IMG/VR virus record: IMGVR_UViG_3300032138_000647
Span: 57,808 to 121,807 of that record
DNA from: a virus
Lineage: Duplodnaviria > Caudoviricetes
Length of the DNA: 64,000 bases
Direction: 5' to 3' (one strand)
Shown: positions 56,363 through 64,000 of the stretch, one piece after another
Position numbering within the stretch: the first letter of the stretch is position 1
Layout of the letters: each line of letters opens with the position of its first letter
Position numbers and translations under genes: made by a program
The notes under the pieces: generated by a model
Databases searched by the model: none
The model's input: the letters and a program-made list of their open reading frames with translations, nothing else
What the model was told of the DNA's origin: nothing

Positions 56363-56818
56363 TTATTTGATTCTTTTTGCCAATTGTTGGGCGGATTTTT
56401 TGATTTTTCTCCTTATGGTTTCACGGTTACACTGACGTTTTTCTGCTATTTCTTTGATAGTAAGATTGTTCATCCTGTCCATCAAGAGTTCTTTGTCAGG
56501 GCACCTGTCTATCTCGTCCATAAGGTCTACTGAGAAGAAGTGGTCTGTGGAGTCTGCTAGGTTTGAGTGAAGGGGCTGGTGTTGCCTCTTGTTAAACTTA
56601 ACCTCCCTTATGCACTCAATCCTTACCCCACTATACAGGTATGTGGTAAACTTAGCTCCCTTTTCGGGAGCATAATTCACAAAAGACTTCCACAAAGCAT
56701 TAAGTTTGCAAGTATTTATCTCATCCTCGCTCAGTTGGGATCTAAATGACCCAGCCGCCTTGTTCATAATATTTTGTATATCCTCGTTATTCAAAGCATC
56801 TTCAATTTTCTTGTCCAT
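56363..56818 (-). CDS. Phage sigma70-family sigma factor (regions 2 and 4 only)
   Basis: ALWKS...Y.PEKGAKFTTYLY (region 2) and TIKEIAEK...NRETIRRKI (region 4 HTH). Confidence 0.8.
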   Translation of the reverse strand: MDKKIEDALNNEDIQNIMNKAAGSFRSQLSEDEINTCKLNALWKSFVNYAPEKGAKFTTYLYSGVRIECIREVKFNKRQHQPLHSNLADSTDHFFSVDLMDEIDRCPDKELLMDRMNNLTIKEIAEKRQCNRETIRRKIKKSAQQLAKRIK

Positions 56819-56829
56819 GTCTACTCCTA

Positions 56830-57243
56830 TTAGGTTATCTTAGTTTCAAGTGTCTTTCTAACGGTTTTAAAGTCAAACATCTTGCCAATCCCTATGAAAA
56901 AACGGTATCTGCTGCACAGCTTGAGTACCTCTACCCCATCAGTTTCGTTTAACATCGTCAGAACTGAAGGTGTGATGTCGAAATTGGTATGCCCAATCCA
57001 ACAATCAAAATTGGAGACTAAAGCTGCATCTTGTGCAAGCTCACTCGATATAGAAAGAAAGGGGGTGAGCTTTTCGTCATCATCGTCATCATCGTCGTTA
57101 TTTTTACTCCACGGTTCGCCTGATTCAACTGGTTCTCCTTCTTCTCGTGATATGAACTGCTCCATTATCATCTGCATGAGAGGAGAAGTTAATTGTTTTT
57201 CTAGCGCGTCTTCATATTTTTGCCAGCCTATTTTTTTCTTCAT
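56830..57243 (-). CDS. Hypothetical protein
   Basis: 137-aa ORF with an RBS and a poly-Asp run. Confidence 0.6.
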   Translation of the reverse strand: MKKKIGWQKYEDALEKQLTSPLMQMIMEQFISREEGEPVESGEPWSKNNDDDDDDDEKLTPFLSISSELAQDAALVSNFDCWIGHTNFDITPSVLTMLNETDGVEVLKLCSRYRFFIGIGKMFDFKTVRKTLETKIT

Positions 57244-57256
57244 GTCAATCCCCTTA

Positions 57257-57625
57257 TTATAACATGTCGGAAGGTCTAATGCAAGGCTGTTCTTTCAAAA
57301 TATTGAGTAAATTAGCGTTCTGGATTAGCCTTGTAGCTAGAACTACGAAAAGGTCTTCGCGGCCCGACTCTATAAAACCCTTTTTGACTATCTCTATAGT
57401 GTCAAGAAAGGTTTCGTCTTCGCCAATGGTTTCCATCAATTTGCAAAAGTTTTCCACAGCTTCGTCGCTGTAGTCACTTAGTTCTACGTCAACACAGGTT
57501 TCTCCAGACTTAGTAACATAATATATTATGCAGCCATCTACGTTTTCATCTTTATGCCATTTGCTTGCCACCTCTTTAGGTTCTTCTTTTTTAGTATCGA
57601 CCTTTTTCTTGAAGAAGTTAAACAT
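57257..57625 (-). CDS. Hypothetical protein
   Basis: 122-aa ORF overlapping the upstream stop. Confidence 0.6.
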   Translation of the reverse strand: MFNFFKKKVDTKKEEPKEVASKWHKDENVDGCIIYYVTKSGETCVDVELSDYSDEAVENFCKLMETIGEDETFLDTIEIVKKGFIESGREDLFVVLATRLIQNANLLNILKEQPCIRPSDML

Positions 57626-58688
57626 AATTCAGAGCCTGTATGATTTTTTGTGCGGAGCTTGTCCAGTTATACTTGGATGCTGTGTTTATTCCAGCCTGAT
57701 TGGTGGAAGCCTTATCGTCGTGTATCTTTTTCATTGCTGTCGCAAGGTTTTGTATCTGCTGACTCCCAAGGCTTGCCCATTGTCCGCACTTGCCATGAAA
57801 CCACTTCCCGTCGTAGGCCATCTCTTGGGGGCCGGGTTCTATTAAAATACAGTTTTCTTTGTTGCAGAATTCTGTATGTGCAGAGTAGTTTGTCGCTATG
57901 ACCTGCTTGCCGCAGGACATCATCTCAAGCAACTCTAGGTTCCATCCCTCAGCCCTAGATGGGAATACTCCACAGTGTGTGTTGGACATTATATTATACA
58001 CCTCTTCGGGTGTCTCAACCCTGCCTATGATTTTTATTTTTTTACCAAGCTTGGAGTTTTTGTACAAGCTAATCCATTCCGATTGCTCGCTTTCACTATA
58101 AAAGGGGTTCTCGCACATCATCCATAGTTCAACCTTGTCTTCATCTGAGAAGGCAGAGTTGAAGGCAGACACTAATACATCATGGCCCTTTCTTACCTCC
58201 CACTTTCCGCAGTTAAAAAAGATTGTGTTCTCATTTTCTGAGGTCTGCGATTCATGAAAAACATTACGATCTACACCAAGGGGTATGACATGGATGTTTT
58301 TATTATCAATGGATACGCTGTTGCTTATCACTGACTTCGCCCACTCTGAGCATACAAATATTTTATCAAGGGAGTTTAGGTGATGTAATTCCACTTCGTT
58401 GAAAGTGTCTAGCTCAAAAATAGGAAACCCTATTCTTGTTCCTGTTCCTGCAAACTGGCACATGTTATCTTGGTGCCAAATCTTAATACAGGGAGCGTTA
58501 AAGTCTGGAACTCTTGACCGTTTTATAGCAGCAGAAACAGCGTCTGCATCTTGCTGAGATGTCACTGTTGGTTGTCCTATAGGCCAAAGAGACACTTCTG
58601 CTAAGGAGCTTAGGGATTTTAAGATGTTTATCCCTGCTATCCCGTATCCAAGCTGGTTGATAGGTGAAACTAGGTTAATATTTTTCAT
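57618..58688 (-). CDS. GT4 glycosyltransferase
   Basis: GYG, VCSEW, IPLGVD, GKWEVRKG.D, FPSRAEGWNLELLEMMSCG. Confidence 0.88.
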   Translation of the reverse strand: MKNINLVSPINQLGYGIAGINILKSLSSLAEVSLWPIGQPTVTSQQDADAVSAAIKRSRVPDFNAPCIKIWHQDNMCQFAGTGTRIGFPIFELDTFNEVELHHLNSLDKIFVCSEWAKSVISNSVSIDNKNIHVIPLGVDRNVFHESQTSENENTIFFNCGKWEVRKGHDVLVSAFNSAFSDEDKVELWMMCENPFYSESEQSEWISLYKNSKLGKKIKIIGRVETPEEVYNIMSNTHCGVFPSRAEGWNLELLEMMSCGKQVIATNYSAHTEFCNKENCILIEPGPQEMAYDGKWFHGKCGQWASLGSQQIQNLATAMKKIHDDKASTNQAGINTASKYNWTSSAQKIIQALNYV

Positions 58689-59515
58689 TACTGAACCGCC
58701 CTTCCTTTTAGTTCTTCCCAGTCTTTGTCTGGTCTAACGGTGAGGTTTGTATCCCAAGCCCCCTTTAGTGTATTCATTTCAATGCCCTTTGAGAGAGCAA
58801 AGGCTATGATTCCATTTAGATCTTTGGGAAAGCAGCTTCCACCAAACCCAAGCTTCCCATCAGGGCCGGGAACTGAGAAGTGGGTATTACCTAATCTGTC
58901 GTCGTGTGTAGCGTACTCAATCACCTTGTCGTAATCTACGCCAGACTCATTGCAAAGCAGGTGGAACTCATTGGCTATGGAAACTTTAGTAGCCAGAAAG
59001 CAATTGATTAAATACTTAACAAACTCTGCTGTGCTTGCTTGGGTCTGTATTATGCTGGCTTGGGGAAAGATTTGTACATAAAACTGCTTCAGCTTTCTTG
59101 TGTAGTCTGGGTGTCCACCAAGTATAACACGGTTTGTGTTTTTGAAGTCTTCTGTGGCGTTTCTCTCAAGAAGGAACTCTGGATTAAAGACTACGGGGCG
59201 ATTGTTGGCATATCCAAGGGATGTTGTGGTTCCGGGAGGAACGGTAGACTTGATAACAATAACGGGGTCTTGGTGGATTTCTCCGCACACGCTCTCAACT
59301 ATAGAGGTGTCGCAGCTACCGTCTGGACACATGGGGGTGGGAACGCACACAAAAGCGACATCACACCCCGTCGAGGCTTCTGCAATACCTGAGTGGGTGC
59401 TCTTCGCCTCATTAAACTTGTCGTAGGTGTTAACCTTGTGGTATTTTGAAAAAGCTCCCTTAAGGGCAGACCCTACAAATCCTTGCCCTATGATAGCTAC
59501 CTTGTTAATGCTCAT
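58688..59515 (-). CDS. ugd: UDP-glucose/GDP-mannose 6-dehydrogenase family protein (lacks the C-terminal domain)
   Basis: GQGFVG, CVPTP, KSTVPPG, NPEFL, AE.VKY..N..LA.K, GFGGSCFPKD; only 275 aa. Confidence 0.85.
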   Translation of the reverse strand: MSINKVAIIGQGFVGSALKGAFSKYHKVNTYDKFNEAKSTHSGIAEASTGCDVAFVCVPTPMCPDGSCDTSIVESVCGEIHQDPVIVIKSTVPPGTTTSLGYANNRPVVFNPEFLLERNATEDFKNTNRVILGGHPDYTRKLKQFYVQIFPQASIIQTQASTAEFVKYLINCFLATKVSIANEFHLLCNESGVDYDKVIEYATHDDRLGNTHFSVPGPDGKLGFGGSCFPKDLNGIIAFALSKGIEMNTLKGAWDTNLTVRPDKDWEELKGRAVQ

Positions 59516-59802
59516 TCCAAACCTCTAACATAAATTGGTGTTGACTCTCCCACGTAAGCTCCAAAGGTGTTGAACTCCAACCACTCCCAAGCTTCTTCGT
59601 ATGTCATTTCATCGTCTTTGACCAGTAGTTCTGCCATTTTTTCGGCGTCGTAGACCACCCTCGGAGAATCAAATCCAGCAGCAATGCCAATAATAGCACT
59701 ATCATAACCATCGGCAAACAAAAGATCATCATCGTATCTGTCAGCCAATTCCTGTCGCAATTCCTTTTTAGTTTCTCCTGCCATTTCATTATGGGTCTCC
59801 AT
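59512..59802 (-). CDS. Acidic hypothetical phage protein
   Basis: ADGYDSAIIG...VYD...EEAWEW..FN..GAYVG..TP pattern. Confidence 0.6.
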   Translation of the reverse strand: METHNEMAGETKKELRQELADRYDDDLLFADGYDSAIIGIAAGFDSPRVVYDAEKMAELLVKDDEMTYEEAWEWLEFNTFGAYVGESTPIYVRGLE

Positions 59803-60547
59803 GTAATTCTTTCATTCCTCCAAAGTTGAAGCTCGCGTGAAATCCGAATGAACCATACGTTGATACGTCCTCACGGTCATAGTAGTGAAAGGGGAGTGGG
59901 TGCTCCACGGAAAATTGTGCAGCCACCCTTGGGGACGGGAATTTAATTCCATGTAATTTCATGTGATCATGGTTTTTTACGCATGTAAACCAGTCTTCAG
60001 GTGCACACCAAGCTCCGGGGCCAGCAGGTTCTGGCTCGTATGTGAGCTTAGCGGCAGTCTCTAGAAACTTTTTACTGCGCAGGGAAAACCCTCCGTTGCC
60101 AACTAGGTTGGAGAAGCTTGGGTTGTTTAGCCAAGGCGCTCCTATGTAGTCGTACTCTAAGAATGCGTCCATCCACAGGTCGGGATTGATTATTCCGCCG
60201 TCTTCTTGCACATTAATACAGTAATCCGTGTCAATATGATCGTTAAACTTCTCTACGCTGTAGCGAGCATAACCTATCCTGTCAAGAGGCTCGCACTCTA
60301 TTAATTCTATACCTTCGCAGTCTTGAGATATTAACTCTAAAGATTGGGCGGGTGCTATGATTTTAACGACACCAAAACTAACGCCCTTCATGGAGTGCTT
60401 GATAGACCTGACTAGAGCGTGTATGTCGTCGTTTTTCTCAAGCCCAGCACTCTCTGGGTGGGACGGGTGAAAGCTGTTGAACTTCTTGCGGTGTGTGTCA
60501 GTCCTGCCGGTATGAGCGAGCAAAGTTATATTACTAAGGTTAATCAT
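59789..60547 (-). CDS. DUF5672-like GT-A protein
   Basis: Q.DG, YDYIGAPW, VGNGGFSLRS, PED, AAQFSVE, FGFH. Confidence 0.8.
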   Translation of the reverse strand: MINLSNITLLAHTGRTDTHRKKFNSFHPSHPESAGLEKNDDIHALVRSIKHSMKGVSFGVVKIIAPAQSLELISQDCEGIELIECEPLDRIGYARYSVEKFNDHIDTDYCINVQEDGGIINPDLWMDAFLEYDYIGAPWLNNPSFSNLVGNGGFSLRSKKFLETAAKLTYEPEPAGPGAWCAPEDWFTCVKNHDHMKLHGIKFPSPRVAAQFSVEHPLPFHYYDREDVSTYGSFGFHASFNFGGMKELHGDP

Positions 60548-61490
60548 TAATATAGTTCCTGTAGATCTGGTTTGCTAAGGCGATATCTTCGATTGCTAGG
60601 CCGGTTGAGTCAAAGAAGGAGATTCCCTTGTTCTCTGCCTCAAGTCTGGCACCAGTGGCTCCATTGACTCCTCTGTCCGTTTTAGTCTGCACTACATGGA
60701 ATAGGTCAGTCATCGACCCTTTGTTCTTGCTGTGCTGAGACTCTCCAGAGTGAAAGGCTTGAACCTTGTCGTCAACAACAAACCTGCTGCACGAATTTAC
60801 AATATCGTTTTCAAATTCCTGCTTGCCTTCGGCGTCAGCACCTATGCCGTTTGCATGTATACCCGGCTCCAGCCAGTCTCCCATGATAAAGGGTTCCCTA
60901 GAAGGCGTTAGTGTGGTGAGTATGTCTGCCCCTCTAACACAGTCCTCTAGGTTATCGTATACAATACATTCGCATTGTTTATCGTAGTGTTCCGCTAGGT
61001 CTTGAGATCTCATAGGATCTAGATCAAACAGTCTTAGCGTTTTGATTGGTCTGACATTTAAGATGGCTTCAATTTGAAATCTTGTTTGAAACCCACACCC
61101 CACAAACGCAGCCACGGCAGAGTCTGGTCTTGATAAATACTTAGTAGCCAAACCAGTAACAGCGGCTGTTCTGTATGAAGTAATAAGCATGCCGTCCATT
61201 AGGGCCAATGGACGACCATTGTTAATATCGTTTAGCATAATGGTGGCAGACACGCTAGTCCCGTAGCCATTAGCATAATTGTCTGGATAGATAGAGGCCC
61301 ACTTGATGCCTACAGCGTTGTCAAACCTCGCTGGCATGGCTCTGTAGTCGTTTGGGGGCATCTCTAGGTAGATTTTGGGTGGCATGCTGCCTAGCTCTGG
61401 GCTAGCAAACACATGCTCCATCAACTCAATAGTCTGAGGCATATCTAGGTAGGATTCGATAGCTTCTTCTGGTATATGGGTGATTGTCAT
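60540..61490 (-). CDS. Ornithine cyclodeaminase/mu-crystallin family protein (AlaDH or imine reductase-like)
   Basis: MPPK.Y, RAMPA, GIKW, DG..IT.YRTAA, GCGFQ, IGAD...KQE, FDSTGLAIED. Start refined to 61490 (ATGA overlap). Confidence 0.9.
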   Translation of the reverse strand: MTITHIPEEAIESYLDMPQTIELMEHVFASPELGSMPPKIYLEMPPNDYRAMPARFDNAVGIKWASIYPDNYANGYGTSVSATIMLNDINNGRPLALMDGMLITSYRTAAVTGLATKYLSRPDSAVAAFVGCGFQTRFQIEAILNVRPIKTLRLFDLDPMRSQDLAEHYDKQCECIVYDNLEDCVRGADILTTLTPSREPFIMGDWLEPGIHANGIGADAEGKQEFENDIVNSCSRFVVDDKVQAFHSGESQHSKNKGSMTDLFHVVQTKTDRGVNGATGARLEAENKGISFFDSTGLAIEDIALANQIYRNYIND

Positions 61491-62407
61491 GACTGTCTCT
61501 TTCTTGGTTGAACTGAAAACTCGTGAGGTGAATAGAGTGTTATTAGGCTGGGGTTTAAGAATATATTCTTTCCAGCCTTCCTCATTTCTCGATGGTAATA
61601 AGACCACTCGTTGGTTACTGTCCCGTCTTCATTTTCTTCTGCCCCAAATTTGCAACCAATGATATCTTCAAGTTTGTATATCCCCAGCCCATTGAAGTTT
61701 GAGAATACGCCAATTGGTGGTTCTCCCCTGTCAAATTTCATTAAATTGATGACTTCACATTTTTTAAGATCCTCATCACCAAATTTTCTGTAGGCCCAAG
61801 TGTCGTGAAACAGTCTCTCAATTTCAACTTCGCTTTGGTCTCCGGCCTTGATGGTTTTTTCCCTGTACATGAGGCCATTAGCAGTCATTGCTGACCAACC
61901 ATCCAAGTCATAGGAAAAGCTGTTGAGGATTCCGTCGTAAGACCACCCGCCATCAAGGTCTAGGTCTATGACTATTACATAATCAATACTGTGGAAGCGA
62001 CTGAGTTCCACAATAGCATCTTGGCACCTGTTTCTCAACTGTCCCAGATACAGAGGTCTCGCAACCTCCCTAGAAATAGAATCAAATCCCGAGTGACCTG
62101 TTGGTTCTTGGATGAGGGTAAAGTTAATATCTTTAGCGGCATATTGACGCAGCCTTTCTGCTGTGCCATCGGTTGAGTCATTTTCGTAGATTAGGAATTT
62201 GCATCCACTAAATAGCTGTGAGGTTTGATAGAGCCTCGATATCGTGTGATCTAGAACTGGGGCTATATTCTTGCAAAGACCTGTTATGACCACGTTCTGG
62301 TTGGAGGCTACATTCATGCCTAAATATAGGCTATTGATATACTCCTCTGCGTTCAGTGCTGAGAACAGGGATTCTGGAAACCGCGATTTGATGTAATGAG
62401 GGTTCAT
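61487..62407 (-). CDS. CAP59/GT69-like glycosyltransferase
   Basis: YENDSTDGT, L..LRN, VIDLD, D.WA.R, V.S.FNGLGIY, E...H, NP. Confidence 0.65.
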   Translation of the reverse strand: MNPHYIKSRFPESLFSALNAEEYINSLYLGMNVASNQNVVITGLCKNIAPVLDHTISRLYQTSQLFSGCKFLIYENDSTDGTAERLRQYAAKDINFTLIQEPTGHSGFDSISREVARPLYLGQLRNRCQDAIVELSRFHSIDYVIVIDLDLDGGWSYDGILNSFSYDLDGWSAMTANGLMYREKTIKAGDQSEVEIERLFHDTWAYRKFGDEDLKKCEVINLMKFDRGEPPIGVFSNFNGLGIYKLEDIIGCKFGAEENEDGTVTNEWSYYHREMRKAGKNIFLNPSLITLYSPHEFSVQPRKRQS

Positions 62408-62416
62408 GTTGTTTCC

Positions 62417-63187
62417 TTAAAGTATCTCTGTGATATCTACTTTTGGGAACGGTAGTAAGCTATCAGGATTGCTAGAAAGATTAAAAAAGCTTGTGTTAAA
62501 TCTTGCGGCCTTTTCTGTTAAGCCTAATAGACAGTGTGTTAACCACTCTTCCCCAAATCTAAGAGGGTCTTGGGTGCCTTTGTACTCTGGATTGTCCTCG
62601 TAAAAATGGTTGCCGTTTCCATAGTCAAAATCAGAGCCTATGACATATATCCTCAACTCCTCTTCTTTGTTGGAAGCGGCCCATATTAGAGAACTGGCCA
62701 CATTAAGAAAGGTTGTTCCTGAAAAATCACCGTCTGTTATCTCTTTCCTGTCAGGGTTTACTTTTAAAATAAACTCCATAAGATTTCGTTTGTAGGCTCT
62801 GCTAGCCTCCCTCCAACCAAGGCGCATCATTTCCAATTCCTTGCCTCGACTCATCCCATGCAGATAGGCTGCCTCTTGGATATTTGGGCTAATATCCTCA
62901 AGATATACTAGTTTAGAGTTTGGGTTAACGTCTGTGGCTTTTGAAATGCCTCTTATGTAGGCCATCTTAATCATCTGTTCGTCTGTTGGTATTAAAGTTC
63001 CAGTAGCGAAGAAGTCTCTAGCTGTAAACCAGCAATGGGTGTTTTCAGGGCCGATAATAGACCAAGCATTATTCATAGGGCAAAGCTTTAAGGAGCTTTT
63101 AAGTATATGTTCACCGTTAAGATTCCACCAGTCTGAGACGTATGGGGCAGACCCAACGATTAGGTAGCTGTTGTTGTTTTTGGTCAT
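62417..63187 (-). CDS. Hypothetical protein, Cst-II/GT29-like CMP-sugar transferase fold
   Basis: LIVGSAP, .NNAW, GT, IYVIGSDFDY...HFY. Confidence 0.45.
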   Translation of the reverse strand: MTKNNNSYLIVGSAPYVSDWWNLNGEHILKSSLKLCPMNNAWSIIGPENTHCWFTARDFFATGTLIPTDEQMIKMAYIRGISKATDVNPNSKLVYLEDISPNIQEAAYLHGMSRGKELEMMRLGWREASRAYKRNLMEFILKVNPDRKEITDGDFSGTTFLNVASSLIWAASNKEEELRIYVIGSDFDYGNGNHFYEDNPEYKGTQDPLRFGEEWLTHCLLGLTEKAARFNTSFFNLSSNPDSLLPFPKVDITEIL

Positions 63188-63195
63188 TTGCTTTC

Positions 63196-63948
63196 CTATA
63201 GGGTCTTTGAGATTTCTAAAAGTTCGTCAAGGTTGTCAACCTTGGCATAGGTTTCTGGCCCATTGTATCGCGTTTGATTGAGACGTGTTAGTATCAGTGG
63301 GTTCCATTCAAGCCCAACATAATCAAACAAGTCCTGCCAGTGTTTATTTTGGCTGTCGTTGATGGTATACAGGTCTTCATACTTATACAGTTTGCACTTG
63401 GGGTTTGTGGATAGCTCCTTGAATGTCCTTGTGTTGTCTTTGAGCAACTTGTATAGTTCTCTGAATTTATCTTCGTCTAGAGCGCCAATCTCTGAGTTTC
63501 TGATGTGGTCTTTATCCCCATGAAAAAACTTTAGCTTTACAGAAATGCAATAGGATATACATTGGTAAAAAATATCTTCCCTATAGGTAAAGACAACCCT
63601 GCCCACGTCTTTGTTTTGCACCAGAGTTTTTACATCTTCCATCTTCACCCAAGTCCATTGGGTTGGAACCATCTTTGTCAGTTTTATTTCATTCTTAGTC
63701 AGTAATTTGACAAACCAATCGGCTCCATTTGATCTAGGGGCAGATGCTATCTCTTTTCTTAAATTTTGGTGTGTAAATAATTTAAGTCTGTCTGCGTCTT
63801 CGCTTAGGTTTGTCGGCAGGATCATACTAGGATTGGATGGCTCAGCCACGCTATGGTCACGATATCCACTCCACTGCAATGTTCCGTATACCGCCGTAGA
63901 TCCGCTCCTCGGAGTACCTATCACAAAAGTTATCTCCTTACTTGTCAT
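63196..63948 (-). CDS. Sulfotransferase (Stf0-like)
   Basis: GTPRSGST, EP, R...Q.IS, YEDL. Confidence 0.75.
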   Translation of the reverse strand: MTSKEITFVIGTPRSGSTAVYGTLQWSGYRDHSVAEPSNPSMILPTNLSEDADRLKLFTHQNLRKEIASAPRSNGADWFVKLLTKNEIKLTKMVPTQWTWVKMEDVKTLVQNKDVGRVVFTYREDIFYQCISYCISVKLKFFHGDKDHIRNSEIGALDEDKFRELYKLLKDNTRTFKELSTNPKCKLYKYEDLYTINDSQNKHWQDLFDYVGLEWNPLILTRLNQTRYNGPETYAKVDNLDELLEISKTL

Positions 63949-64000
63949 TCTTTATCCAGATGTCTTTACCTTCTAATTTATTAATCATGCCAACAATCTT
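63938..64000 (-). CDS. 3' end of a gene truncated by the window edge
   Basis: Open frame KIVGMINKLEGKDIWIKNDK* overlapping the sulfotransferase start. Confidence 0.5.
   Translation of the reverse strand, partial: KIVGMINKLEGKDIWIKNDK

Noticed and set aside
57074-57100. GAT/GAC microsatellite-like run
   Set aside because: It is an imperfect codon run encoding poly-Asp, not a contingency repeat.
1-64000. Cellular chromosome (LPS/capsule locus) or eukaryotic giant virus
   Set aside because: dNMP kinase, divergent DnaB/DnaG/RecA, a minimal sigma factor, holin-like genes, many orphan ORFs and very tight packing fit a phage. Shine-Dalgarno sites, overlapping operons and DnaE argue against a eukaryotic virus. 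No capsid or terminase gene is recognisable here, so phage identity remains a strong inference.
1-64000. tRNA/rRNA genes and stop-codon reassignment
   Set aside because: The few intergenic gaps over 70 nt show no cloverleaf. Conserved genes are full length under code 11, and TAA, TAG and TGA all serve as true stops.

Overview
This is a 64-kb, gene-dense segment read with the standard genetic code, best interpreted as part of a large (jumbo-type) dsDNA tailed phage. Two Tat-signal DUF1501 genes point to a probable Planctomycetota host (inference). Layout: (1) 1-5 kb, + strand: probable virion genes, a permuted papain-like (YiiX) amidase and a secreted Cys-rich miniprotein, ending at a bidirectional terminator. 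Everything further right is on the - strand. (2) About 7-32 kb and 57.6-64 kb: two glycan islands with GlmS plus a GNA1-type acetyltransferase, KdsA/KdsB with two KpsS-like transferases, WecB, RmlB, a short Ugd, and many glycosyl-, methyl- and sulfotransferases. A lysine-dehydrogenase/aldehyde-dehydrogenase pair and an ornithine-cyclodeaminase-family enzyme are embedded in these islands. (3) 32-52 kb: replication, recombination and nucleotide genes: SSB, a DnaE split into two intein-less genes flanking a 2OG-Fe(II) oxygenase and a DEDDh exonuclease, a Cas4/RecB-like nuclease, dNMP kinase, DnaG, DnaB, RecA, PhoH, dUTPase and class II RNR. (4) 52-57 kb: a phage sigma factor, a candidate late promoter, and a putative lysis cassette made of a membrane-anchored PAS protein, a holin-like protein, a papain-like C1 protease and spanin-like membrane/lipoproteins, with no recognisable muramidase or amidase endolysin. 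The most novel-looking elements are the PAS/holin/protease cassette, the intein-less split DnaE operon, the phage Kdo synthesis-and-transfer set and the DUF1501 pair. All family calls come from motifs read by eye; no database searches were run. No tRNA, rRNA or CRISPR array was seen.
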